Positions 1 to 18,316 of a stretch of DNA of 64,000 bases are shown one piece after another. The position numbers and the translations under genes are program-made. The notes beneath the pieces were generated by a model. The model searched no databases. It was not told where the DNA came from and saw only the letters and a program-made list of their open reading frames with translations. The stretch covers positions 314,342 through 378,341 of the forward strand of contig JAWQFM010000032.1 in the NCBI GenBank assembly GCA_033442325.1. The letters are read 5' to 3'. Numbering within the stretch: position 1 is the first letter of the stretch; every line of letters begins with the position of its first letter. This stretch comes from Salpingoeca rosetta. Lineage: Eukaryota; Protista; Choanoflagellata.

Positions 1-17
1 TCGCCAACGCGTCGTCC

Positions 18-1492
18 TCACATGGCGCTCGTCAGCAGGCGTAGGCTGGTCGCTGTGAACGAGTTGCCGAGATCCCCAAACGGGAGATCAATGTCCAGGT
101 CATCCAACACGCTGTGGTGCTGGTGGTGCTGGTGGTGGGCTGCTGTGCGGTGACGCGTGCTGCGTGCGTGCGAACGAGATGACGAGCTGTGTGCACTCAG
201 TGCATGATCATCAGCATCATCATCATCGACATCGACATTGACATGGACATCCTTTGCGTCAGCAGCGCTGGCAGTGCGGTGGTCACCACGGTGCGACGTG
301 TTGTTTCGCTCATGCTCCTCAAGGGCAAACGTAAACGAGCTCACAAATGGCGCGGCGCCATCGCTGTCATCGCTGTCGTTGCCGCCGCTGCTGCGCGTGC
401 TTGTGGTACGCGTGCTGCTGTTGCTGTATTGGCGCCTGCCGGCTGCATCTGTCTTCTTGAATGTGGGCGTGAACAGCGGCTGCTCCTCCTGGTCCTTTGC
501 AAACGCGCGCAAGTTGGTTGGGGCAGACGCAACCGTGTTCAGAGGCAGCGGCTTCAAAACAATGCCGCCGTAGCCGCCGCTGCCATAAGCCTTGCTCGTG
601 CTGTGCGACGATGGCGTGTTGGTGTAGCAGCCTGGCCGGCTGTTCGCGTGCTGCTGGTACTGCTGGTGTGGTGAACCCTGCTGCATCTGATGCTGCTGGT
701 AGGTGTCGTGGTGACTGTTGCGACGGCTGCCGTGGCCGTGGCCGTGGAAGGCTGCGCCGTGTGCACCGGGGACACCGAACGTAGGGGTGGGCGGTAGCTC
801 CATGTGAAGCTCTGTCTCCAACATGTGTTCCCCAAGCACCCACGCGTCAAGGGCATCCACGGAGAGGGATGGTGACGAAGTCGACGACGACGACGACGAC
901 GATGATGACGAGGACGCGCGATGGTGCTGTTGGTGGTGATGTGTAAAGGAAGTGGACGAGGCAAGGGACGTGGTGGACGGTGCTGGTGCGAGCGGGGAGG
1001 AGCCCTCGTTGTCGCAATCAGAGAGGCCGCCAGTGCTGCCGGTTGACGCTGACGACCACTGCACCACGTCGTGATCGTCAATGTGGTCAGGGCGGTGGTG
1101 CGGGCCTCGTGTGCGTGTTCGCGAGCGCTTGCTGCGCTTGGTTGCAGGCTGTCCACACGTGCACAGTGACGTTGCTGGCGACGATGACGATGGGAACGGT
1201 GTGTCTGCGGCCATCACCATGCCACCAACACGCCCGCGCAGATCAACAGCTGCGCCACTGCCACTGCCGCGCGTGTGTGCGCTGCAGCTGGCACACATGC
1301 TGCCCTGTGCGGCTGTTGCTGTGGTGTCGAGCGGAGAGTCAAAGTCGAGCAGAAACTCCCAGCCGTGCTTGAAGACATCGGAGCTTGGCCGCGTGCGTGG
1401 CAGGTGCCCTGGTGTCTGGCTGTTGCTGTACTGCAGCGACTTGCGGCTGCTCGAATGCTTGTGCTTGTGCTTGCCCGCGTGCGCGTGTGTGC

Positions 1493-1534
<42 letters not shown>

Positions 1535-2200
1535 CGTCGTCATCACTGTCATCGCTTGTGCATGTGTGGCGCCGCTTGCTGGTGCGGCGAGAGGCCCGTG
1601 ACGACGAGAGCTCCTCCGTCTTGATCTTGAGCTTCAGCGCACCAGCACCAGCAGTGCCAGTGCCGCTGTTCGATGAGCGAGCTGACGATTTGGACTTGCG
1701 TGCCGATGCTGTCGATGAAGTCGACACGACAATCCAGCACGCGTTGCAAGACGGCTTGTCGGTCTTCCCCTTGCGCGCGCGGCGGAAGCGGGCGTTGTTC
1801 AACAGCTCCTGCCGCACAAGCGTCTGCGAAAATGCGGGTGGAGGGACGTGGTACGGGACGTGGTGAGGGAGGGAAACAATGGTGCAGCAAGGAACTTTGA
1901 CAGCACACACACCACACAACACAGCACAACACAACACACGCACGCACGCACACACGCAGCACAACACGCACACACACAGCACAACACACGCACGCACACA
2001 CACACACACATGCACACACACACACCTTGAGGGCTGCCTGCTGCTGCTTGGTGAGGAAAGGGTGCTCGGCGACAATGGCCTTAACAATCTGCAGAGAGGT
2101 GAGGCCGGTTGGCTTCGTCTCCTGCACCTCAGAGAGCGTGTGCGCAATGAGGTTGGCCAGTTGGCGGGACGCGCGTGCGCTCCGGCGCTGTGATGACGAT

Positions 2201-2232
<32 letters not shown>

Positions 2233-2670
2233 TGAGGATGAGGAGGATTTGGAGCTGCCGCGTGTGCCTGCTTTGGTGGTCGCTGCCGCCTTGCCTGTTG
2301 CCGTGGATGGTGTGTTGGATGCAGTGGACGCTGAGGCTGCCGCGCCGCACTGTGTGAGCCAGGCAAGGAGGGACGGCGGCATATGCGTTGGCGCGTCAGC
2401 TGCGGAGGACGTTGCGTTGCCGCTGTGTTCGCCATCGTGGCCGGTGCTGCTGCCCGCAGACGCCGCGCTTGACGCTGCTGTTGTGCCAGCGCCCTTGCAC
2501 AGCAGAGACGCGTGAAGGCCCCGGTGCGATGCCGCTGGCGTTGCGGGTGCATCTGTCTCAACAGAGGGGCACTTGATGGTGATGGTGGTGAGCCAGTCGA
2601 GGGCGGTGAGGTCGTCGGTGTCCGAAGAAGTGGCGGCCGCCGCCGTGGCCGCTGCCGTTGTGCTGGACAT
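18..2670 (-). CDS. Divergent forkhead (winged-helix) transcription factor, FoxJ/FoxN-like; two exons (2670-2026, 1823-18), about 816 aa
   Basis: A GT-AG intron at 2025-1824 joins ...RQLANLIAHTLSEVQETKPTGLTSLQIVKAIVAEHPFLTKQQQAALK to TLVRQELLNNARFRRARKGKTDKPSCNACWIV in frame. This follows forkhead spacing (LI..AI...LTL..IY..I...FP....W.NSIRHNLS.N..F......G..W). N-terminal DDLTALDWL resembles the LTxLxWL motif of FoxJ/FoxN proteins. Long Ser/His/Gln-rich tail. Start codon is tentative. Confidence 0.65.
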
Positions 2671-4530
2671 GGCGCTGTTGCTGTTGCTGCTGGTTTGGTC
2701 CGTGACGGATGTGCTGCTGGTGTGGATGGAGATTGGTGCGCACCCGCTCGTGCTGCGTGAGCGCTCGTTTGATCTGGCTTGTGTTTTGAGGGTTGGTGTT
2801 GGTGAAAATGGTCAAACCGACGATGCTGCGCTGAGGTTAGCTGGAGTTGCTGTGTCGTGTCAGGTGGTTGGTGTTTGTTGGAGGCGGTGTGGTTGTGGTT
2901 GTTGTGGAATGAGGAAGAGGAGCGAGCGAGCTGGAGGGGAAAAAATGAGACGTGCCGGTGTGTGGCGGCTCGCAAGCGTTGCGAGCGCACTCGTGAGCGC
3001 GTACGCGGCAACGGACACGGGGGTCGAAAATACAGAAACCCTTTGGCAGGGTGTTGCCGCACACTTCAGTCAGTCCGGCAACGGTCACAACCGACAGCAA
3101 CGGTTGTGCTGATACGTGGGAGTGTTGTTGGGGCAGCGAGTGCTGAAATTTTGGGTTCGTCAGCTGCGATGGAGGTGATGATCTTGATGGAGCGGTGCTG
3201 TGCTTGTTTGCGTGGTGGTTGAGTCGGGTTGAGTGGTGGTATGGAACTTGTGGTTGTGGTTGCGGTTGTGGTTGCGGTCGTGGGTTGTGGGTTGGGTTGA
3301 GCTATCCAGGCGGCTAACTGACGCAAGTGGGCGATTCCGAGACGCGAGATGGGGGCTTGATATGGGTTGGACACTCGCAGTGGTGCGGCACAGAGATGGC
3401 TGATGGGAGTCGAGGCCAGATGGATAAATGGCGCGCTGGCTTGGAAAATGAAGCAGACGGAGACGCGGCGGGCGGATCTCGATATCAGCAGAGAGACGAG
3501 GTGATGTGTGTATGTGTGTGCCTGCTGCTGATTGACATGAGAATGGCGGCACAACACAACGACACCAACAAGGGTGATGATCACACACACACGCGAGTGC
3601 ATGCGGGGCACGCAACGATGATGAGAAAAAGAAAACGGTCGATGCAAGATGCAACTTAAACTACACAGCACGTACACACACACACACAGCACAGCACGCA
3701 CACATTGCATGACGGATGTTTCAGTGCATGTGGCAGTGGAGCGTGTGCGCATGTGCATGTGTGTGCATGTGTGTGTGTGTGTTTGCGTGTGTGATCATCA
3801 TCCACATCATCGAGCAACGGCGTGATGAAAGGTCATAAGAGAAGAAGGAAGGAAAAGCAACCACATATCAACACACTAGATGGTTGGCAAACCCTGACAC
3901 CCTTCAACATCCAGCAAGTGGGTTTGGGTGGTGTTGGGTCAAACCAAGTGGATGCATTTGCATGCGTGTGCGTGTGTGTGTGCATGTGTGTGTGTTTGTG
4001 TCATATCGGATGACGTTGTGGGGAAGAAGGAAAGGAAGGAAGGAACGGAAAGGAACCAAGAAACAGAAGAGCAAGAAGTCTGCTGTGTGTGTGGTGGCAG
4101 TGCAAACAACAAGCACAGCGGCCAACGGTTTTGCCAGTGAAACGTCGTTGGTGGGGGCAAGAAAAGCTGACGAACACGCGGCACGTCACCCAACGCGTTG
4201 AAACGCACATGTCGCAAGAGCGCGCGAAGGTTTCGCAAAACAGGGTTGGGTGGGCGGTTGGGTGTATTCGCACACTTCGCGCCACAAACCCTGACAATAT
4301 TGGTGGCGTTGGTGGCGATGTATGGCAATACGCACCTTCGTGGTTTGTGACGCGAGCCGGGCCAAAGTGGACGTCTTCAGGCCTGCTGAGGTAGCGATGG
4401 GGATGATGATGATGAGAACGAGATGTAATTTGGCAGTGTCAAACATGTGCATGTGCTGCATGTGCTGCATGTGCTGCATGTGCTGCAAGTGTGTGTTGCG
4501 CGTGCCTCTCTCGGCCTATCTACCTTCGGC

Positions 4531-4586
<56 letters not shown>

Positions 4587-5068
4587 GTGTGGCTCACCTT
4601 CAGACGACGGGGGGATGGATTATGAGCACCGAGGTGGCGGCGCGGGTGGGGAAAGGCACGCGCACGCACACGTACACACACGCGCACGTACAGACAGGCG
4701 CACTCACTCCGGCGAAGATCGCAGGCAAGTAACAACAGGCTGGGTGGCAGGCAAGCAGGTTGTTTTGAAATGAGAGGCACTGCAATGGTGCGGAATCACA
4801 CGGCAAGAAGAGGAAGAAAAGGAAGAAAAGGGGGGAAAACAAGAAGCAAGCAAGCAAGAAGGGCGGAGCAGTCGCGTGTGCGCCTTGGTTCTTCTTGTTT
4901 TGGTTGTTGCGCGCAAAATTTTGCAGAGGACGCATCGAAAATACAAGCGGCAGCGTGTGGATTGGTCCAAGTCTTGGCCAATTGTCGTGTCACAGCATTT
5001 GCGTTGCCAAGCGGTGTTGTGACGTCACACATCACTGTGTGTCTGTCTGTCTGTCTGTGCGTGCGTGC

Positions 5069-5134
<66 letters not shown>

Positions 5135-5758
5135 NNNNNNNNNNNNNNNNNNNNNNNNNNNNNNNNNNNNNNNNNNNNNNNNNNNNNNNNNNNNNNNNNN
5201 NNNNNNNNNNNNNNNNNNNNNNNNNNNNNNNNNNNNNNNNNNNNNNNNNNNNNNNNNNNNNNNNNNNNNNNNNNNNNNNNNNNNNNNNNNNNNNNNNNNN
5301 NNNNNNNNNNNNNNNNNNNNNNNNNNNNNNNNNNNNNNNNNNNNNNNNNNNNNNNNNNNNNNNNNNNNNNNNNNNNNNNNNNNNNNNNNNNNNNNNNNNN
5401 NNNNNNNNNNNNNNNNNNNNNNNNNNNNNNNNNNNNNNNNNNNNNNNNNNNNNNNNNNNNNNNNNNNNNNNNNNNNNNNNNNNNNNNNNNNNNNNNNNNN
5501 NNNNNNNNNNNNNNNNNNNNNNNNNNNNNNNNNNNNNNNNNNNNNNNNNNNNNNNNNNNNNNNNNNNNNNNNNNNNNNNNNNNNNNNNNNNNNNNNNNNN
5601 NNNNNNNNNNNNNNNNNNNNNNNNNNNNNNNNNNNNNNNNNNNNNNNNNNNNNNNNNNNNNNNNNNNNNNNNNNNNNNNNNNNNNNNNNNNNNNNNNNNN
5701 NNNNNNNNNNNNNNNNNNNNNNNNNNNNNNNNNNNNNNNNNNNNNNNNNNNNNNNNNN
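5135..5758. other. Assembly gap (N-run) flanked by (GT)n and (CA)n
   Basis: Run of N. It probably hides the last BAG1 exon. Confidence 1.
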
Positions 5759-5825
<67 letters not shown>

Positions 5826-5836
5826 GATAAGCAAAC

Positions 5837-7429
<1,593 letters not shown>

Positions 7430-7638
7430 CGTCCTTTTGCTCCTTTGGTTAATTTAATATAAAAAAATGCATCAGGGATTCCATGAAGTTTTAATGCATC
7501 GAAAGTGACAGGTCAACGCCCACCAACGGCAACAATAATTTGACAGGAGCAACAAAGCGAAAGCGTTCATTCATTCATTCATATCACTGCATGTCAACCT
7601 ACGTTCCCGCCCTCCTCCTTCTCCGATCGTTTTCCACC

Positions 7639-9557
7639 ATGAACTTCCAAGATGAGTTCAAGCAAGCCGATGCCGGCTCGCCGCTGGCCCAGGCCGGCCT
7701 GGTACGTGTGTAGCTGTTGCTTGAATGGTGTGTTGGTGGATGGAGGCCATGCACCTTGCTACTGCATGCTGGTGTTGTTGTTGTTCCATCTTCTCTCGTG
7801 TTCGCTTCATCCAACACGATCGTGTTGTCCCCCCCCCCCTTCCTCCTGCTGCTTGACAACGCTTTGATGATTCCAGATGCAACTGAGCACGCCGCAGTTC
7901 AACGGCCAAGTCCAATGGCAGGTGCGTTGTTGTTGTTGTTGTTGTCGTTGTTGTGTGTGTTGTTGTTGTTGTTGTGTGTGTTGTTGTTGTTGTGTGTGTT
8001 GTTGTTGTGTGTTGTTGTGTAAGCTACTCCTCCTCCTCCTCCTCCTCCTCCTCTTCCTCCTCCTCTTCTTCCTCCTCCTCTTCTTCTTCTTCTTCTTCTT
8101 CTTCTTCCTCCTCCTCTTCTTCTTCTTCTTCCTCCTCCTCCTCCTCCTCCTCCTCCCGCTCTTGCTTTTCTCCCTTCTGTTCATGAGTGTGTCTTGGTTT
8201 GTCGACCCTGCCAGCCAAGCGTGCTCCTGATGAATAAGCACCACCGCACCTCCCGCGTAACCCACATGCGCCCACTTCCACGCACTTGCGCGAATCCATA
8301 AATTAGATCGTGGGCGACGAGTCCCAGATCCTCGAGGTTGTCCTCAACCAGGGTGATGCTGTCACCACCGAGCCCGTAAGTGGCCGCCCTCATTGCTCCC
8401 CCTTCATTCCTCGGTGCCTGTTGCGAGTTGTTCCTTTCTTTCCTTCTCTCCACTGCCTGTTTGCGTTTGTCGCCCATGTTCTGTCTTACTTCCTCTTCCA
8501 CACACTCACACACACACACTCACACACACACCTCGACCTACGCTCACGACAGGGCACGATGGTGCACATGTCCTCTGGCCTCTCTCCCGATATCCACCTG
8601 AGTGGCGGGTGCGGCCAGGCATGCACCCGCAGCTGCTGCGCTGGCGAGAGCTTCTTCCGCGTCAAGTACGAGAACTCGACCAACACGGTGCGTTGCACTT
8701 GCTTTGCTACTGCTGCAGCATTGCCTGTTGGGCTGCCCATCCACCCTTCCTCCTCCTGTTCTTCCTTTGCATCTTGGCTTTGCCCTTCCAGCAACAATAA
8801 AAACCCAACACGCAGCTACAACCCTCGCTACTTGCTTGTTTTGATCACAACCACACCGCTCTCACCCTCTGTCCCCCTCCCCACCTCACACACACACCAC
8901 ACACACACACACACTCTCTCTCTCTCTCACACACGCACTCACTCACGTGCTCTCAACAGCCCCAGCACATTGGCCTCACGCCAAACTTTCCCGCCAAGAT
9001 TGTGCCCATCAACCTGCCCGAGTTTGGCGGCCGCATCACCATCAAGAGCCGCGCCTTCATGTGCGCCCTCAACTGCCAGCCAACCTTCTCCTACCGCTTT
9101 GCCGGCGTACGTCTGCCGTGTGTGTGTGTGTGTGTGTGTGTCGGTGAGAGAGAGTGTGAGAGAAAGGAGGCGAGTGTATTCTGCGTCTGTGTCTGTGCCT
9201 CTGTGTGTGTATCCATGCGTGTGCCACCTGCGCCTGTTCCTCTACTTCCTGCCATGTCCTGTTTGCAACATGTGTTCCATCTGACCCTGTCCTCACCCAA
9301 CCCCAACCCCCCCCCCCACACACACACACACACACACACGATTACACGATTACACGCGATCCCCCCCCCCCCTTTGCACAGCTTGGCGCTGGCTGCTGCG
9401 GCGGGCAGGGCTTTGTGCTGAACGACCTCTCTGGCGATGGCATGGCCTTCCTCAACGCGTCCGGCACCGTCCTCATGCGCAACCTTGGTGCCGGCGAGGA
9501 GCTCATCTGCGACCAGTCATGTACGCCACGCTCTGCATGGCGGTCCTTGTTTGTTTC

Positions 9558-9597
<40 letters not shown>

Positions 9598-9753
9598 GTG
9601 CTTGTATCAATACGTTTTTGTTCTACTGTATACCTGTGCGTGGTGTCTCTCCTACCCGTTTTTGTTTTCAGATGTTCGCCTACCTCACCTTACGTCCCTC
9701 ACCTTCCTTCCCTAACCCTCATCCCCAATACACACACACACACACTCACACAC

Positions 9754-9828
<75 letters not shown>

Positions 9829-10035
9829 GCAGCGGTTGTTGCGTTCCAGTCGACGGTCAACTTCACCATCCGGCGTGCGGGCGGCTGCCTCATGTGCTGC
9901 TGCGGCGGCGAGGGCCTCTTCAACTCGGTCCTCACGGGCCCTGGCATCGTCGTGCTCCAGTCCATGCCCATCGAGAAGATTGCTGCCGCTCTTGCCTTCC
10001 GCAGCGGCGGCGGCGGTGACGGCGGTGCCCAGTAA
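7639..10035 (+). CDS. AIM24 / TIGR00266 (TRAP-like beta fold) family protein, 7 exons
   Basis: ATG in ccaccATG context at 7639. Exons 7639-7701, 7877-7921 and 8307-8375 (IVGDESQILEVVLNQGDAVTTEP) are followed by GTMVHMS...GESFFRVKYEN, PNFPAKIVPINL...AFMCA, GGQGFVLNDLSGDGMAFLNASG and VVAFQSTVNF...GGEGLFNSVLTGPGIVVLQSMP. These are hallmark AIM24 motifs, joined by GT-AG introns. Confidence 0.88.
7926..8156 (+). repeat. Compound (GTT)n then (CCT/CTT)n trinucleotide microsatellite in AIM24 intron 2
   Basis: Seen directly. About 130 bp (8027-8156) is pure pyrimidine. Confidence 0.95.
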
Positions 10036-10911
10036 GCACGTGCCATACACGTGCACGCATGCGCCCACGTGTGTAGATGTTGATGACCACGTGTGCAGAT
10101 GTTGATGCGTCAAACACAAGAGCACATGCGCGCACACACGCACACATACACGCATACACGCACATGCCACCACATTTTGTTGCACAAAGTGCTTCATTTA
10201 TTGCTTTCAACCACATTGTGTGCTCCAGCTGCGTCTGCATCGTTTTATTCGCGAAGCAGGCTTTCAAACGCATGAATAAAGCAACTCTGCACCCTGCGCC
10301 ACGTGGCAAGCCACAAACAAGCACAGCGCCGGGGGGGGGGAAGGGGTTAGAGGGACTACGCCCATGTTGGCACTGCAACATAACACTGACACCCGAATCA
10401 ACACAACATGTCATTGAAATGCAAATCAACAGTGAAAACCGCTTACATGCATATCATCAACACAACAACACAAGTTGGCGTAGCTGACACCAAAGCCTCT
10501 GTGCAGCGTTGGTGCAGCGTTGAGAGTTTTAAGTCACACAGGTGCGTTACGGTGCTTGGGCGAAAGCAAAGTGAAAGCTGAGAAAGGTACGACTTCCTCA
10601 ACAGCCGTGTTTGCCGTTGGCCATAAACCCAGACATGATATGGCAGGCGACATCAAGAAAAGAACATCAACGGGGGAGGATGGACACAAGGCCAGAGGAA
10701 CAAGTTCTAAAGCAGTCACATCACATCACGCATTTCTTTGCAGGCTCAACGCGTGATTACAACCATGACACAACGCAACACATGCAAGCATGAACGCCGT
10801 CACACACTGACACTGTACATGCACTCACAAACACAAACACAAACACAAACACTACATGCACGCATGAACACAACCGCACGCATACGATGTGTTACACCTT
10901 CGTCTTGGTGT

Positions 10912-12210
10912 TCACCAACACAGGGTCACCATCTCCATGTCAATAACAAGTGGGTTGGTGGCATGTACAGGGGCACAGTAAGCCCTGCCGTTGCCACGCA
11001 CGATACAACCGTGCCACATGATGTCGGGGTCATCGGGGGAGCCCGTGTTGGGCAGGTCTGGGATCTCAACCTCGCTCACCACCTTCGCGTCCGCATCAAT
11101 CACCAGCACGGATTTGCTCGTGGCTGGCACACCATACGCGCGTCCATCTGGGCCAACAAACCCGGGTGCCCACCGTGGCCTCTCCCACTGGATGCCGTCC
11201 TCGTCCTTGCTTGTGCGAATCAGTGACGTTGACTGCGTGCTCGGATCGATGACGAGCACGGAGTGGAAGTTGCGGGGAAAGCCGATAATCTTGCCGCTCG
11301 GCACCATCACGCTTCCCCACCACTTGTCGTTGGCAGGGTGAACCGTCAGGGTTGTGGCGTCGTAGGTCTGCGTTTGCGGGTCGATGATGAGGATGGCATT
11401 TGCGTCACGCGGGACGCAGTAGATCTTGCCGTCCCTGCCAAGGGAGCCTCCGCTCCACTTGATGTTGTGCTGGCTCTCGTGGTCGACGTCGATGGTGATG
11501 TTGTGCAGCTCGTTGGTGTTCATGTCGATGATGAGGGAGTGGTCCGCCTCGCCGGGCACAGTGACGATGAATCGGTCTGAGACAAGCACGCCTCCGCGGT
11601 ACTTTGGGCCTGGCTCAAGCCCAGCGATGGTCGTCACGTCAAGCGTGTGAGTCTCAGGGTGGATGATGAGCACGGCAGTGCTTGCAAACGGCACGGCGTA
11701 CAGGCTTCCGTCCTGGGCTTCAAATGCACCCTGCCACAGGGCCACCCCGCTCTGGCCAGCACGCTGAGCTTCGGCGGCAAGGAAGTCAGATGGCAGAGGA
11801 ATCTTGGTCAGGTTTTGGGTCACGGGGTCGTACTCAACCACGTGGTCCTCCGTGAAGGGCACGAGGAACACCTTTTTTGTGGCAGAGTGTTCGACAACTG
11901 TCACGTACGCCTTACCATCCGCGCTCTCCTCAAGCCGGAATTGGTCCGTGTACACACTGGAGCTTGGATCGTGTGCGGCACACATCATGTCCTTGAGCTT
12001 GTTCACCATGAACTGCGTGCGGCGAAGCTCGGCCAGCAGGTCCACGTCGTTCACGGTCAACCCGGTGTGCCTGAGCCCGTCCTCCGTGCGGATCCGCAGG
12101 TCGCCATAGCCATCCTCCTGGAACAAAACGTTGCCTTGGGCCCCCACAACACAGCCCAGAAGCAGCAGGGCCACAAGACAAGAAGGCCGAGCAGTACAGG
12201 CTGGCGCCAT
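10912..12210 (-). CDS. Intronless secreted protein, 432 aa: signal peptide, short helical segment, seven ~45-aa repeats (predicted 7-bladed beta-propeller)
   Basis: Clean ORF free of microsatellites. Hydrophobic N-terminus (SCLVALLLLGCVVGA|QG). Repeat consensus KWxGxVxxxDGKIYxVPxxAxxVLIIDP, for example KWSGGSLGRDGKIYCVPRDANAILIIDP and KWWGSVMVPSGKIIGFPRNFHSVLVIDP. Confidence 0.85.
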   Translation of the reverse strand: MAPACTARPSCLVALLLLGCVVGAQGNVLFQEDGYGDLRIRTEDGLRHTGLTVNDVDLLAELRRTQFMVNKLKDMMCAAHDPSSSVYTDQFRLEESADGKAYVTVVEHSATKKVFLVPFTEDHVVEYDPVTQNLTKIPLPSDFLAAEAQRAGQSGVALWQGAFEAQDGSLYAVPFASTAVLIIHPETHTLDVTTIAGLEPGPKYRGGVLVSDRFIVTVPGEADHSLIIDMNTNELHNITIDVDHESQHNIKWSGGSLGRDGKIYCVPRDANAILIIDPQTQTYDATTLTVHPANDKWWGSVMVPSGKIIGFPRNFHSVLVIDPSTQSTSLIRTSKDEDGIQWERPRWAPGFVGPDGRAYGVPATSKSVLVIDADAKVVSEVEIPDLPNTGSPDDPDIMWHGCIVRGNGRAYCAPVHATNPLVIDMEMVTLCW

Positions 12211-12988
12211 CTTCTGAGATCACAACGGTGCGTGAGAAAATACAAAACAAACGCACAGGAGACGTGGCGCCTTCGATATCATTCAGCAACTTTCGTTAGA
12301 AATGGCGTGGGTTAGACGATGTGGGGTGGTGCATACAAAAAAAATATTATTGTGTTGAGGTGTTTGGCGCCACGCGGTTGGTTGACATGACAGTGACGTG
12401 AAATGACATGACATGTCATGTTGTATAACACCAGGAGTTGGTGAATCGTTGTAGCGTTTATTGGGGGTTGTCGTTGTATTGGAAATGTGTTGTTGTTGTG
12501 TCATGTCACATCACATCACATCACATCAAAACAACAGGCAAGTCAACAGCGTGTAACGGTTGTGGGGAATGCTAATGACATGGCAGTGAACGAAAGCACG
12601 AAAGAACGAGGGAAAAGAATGCATGACTGCATGAAGCATGAAGCACAACCACTCAACACAAACACACAGACAGCACACAACACACAACACAAACACGTGC
12701 GTGTTGGTGGAAGATAACGCGTCTAGGCGTCTGGCTTGTGTTCGAGGCACGGACTCACACAAACACACAACATGGATGGACGAGGGACGGGGAAGAAAGA
12801 GGGGTCGCGGTGTAGGGCAGTGATGGGGCTCGCTTGCGCGTTGTTGCAGCAGTAACAGAGCATCGTGCACGGGGAAGGGGTCACGAGAGGTCGCAATTGG
12901 CGCGGAAAGGGTTGGGATAGAACCCCACGCGCTCGTGCGCTATCAATCATTGAGTGGCGCAGGACAAGCGAACACCTACGGGCGGCTC

Positions 12989-17494
<4,506 letters not shown>

Positions 17495-18316
17495 GGTTTT
17501 GCCTGGGATGGGTTGTGTGTGAGTGTGTGTCAGTGAGCGTGTGTCAGTGAGCGTGTGTGTGTTCATGGAGAGGCACTGAGGGTTTGACACTCCAGAAGCA
17601 TGCATGCACGAAAAGTATGCGTGCGTGCGTGTGTGCGTGTGTGTGTTGACGTGTTGTCGATCGAAATGAATGTGGATGAGGGGTGTTGTCATGTCACAAC
17701 ATCATGCACACAAGATATGACGACAAATTGAGCCAGGCCGCAGTGCAGTGGTTCGATCTCCCGAACGCAAGCAGTGCGAGGTTTGGCTTTGAAGACCCTA
17801 ACTTACTGCAAAGTAGAAGAAGAAGAAGAAGACCAAGCCAGTGGATCCGCAGAGGGATGGCAAGCAGCAGAGGGGAGAGGGGGAAAACAAAACAAGCAAG
17901 CAAGCGAGCAAGCAAGCAAAGCAAAAGCCACAGCAAAGGAAGAGGAAAGTGGCTTGGTGTGCTGGTCGCACAACAGACACCCAAGCAAGCCAGCAAGCCG
18001 CGAACAATTCGCACTGTTGGCGAGTTGGCGGTTGTCCTCCCAACGGAAAAAACCCAAACAAAAGACGGCGCGATTTAAAACAGCATCGAATCATTCGCTC
18101 TTTTTTTTTATTGTGTGATGTGATGTGATGTGATGTGACATGACACAGCAAACAGGTGAGGTGTGGTGACAGGTGCACCCACACCACACACACGCACACA
18201 CACACACGCACAAACGCACGCACAAACGCACACATACACACACACACACTTACACACGCACGCACACGCGCACAACACACAACACACACACACTTACACA
18301 CACGCACACGCGCACA

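Noticed and set aside
18-3062. 1014-aa ORF as a single-exon gene
   Set aside because: It reads through a (GT)n intron (VCVCV) and uses the wrong frame upstream of 1823. The spliced model gives a coherent forkhead domain.
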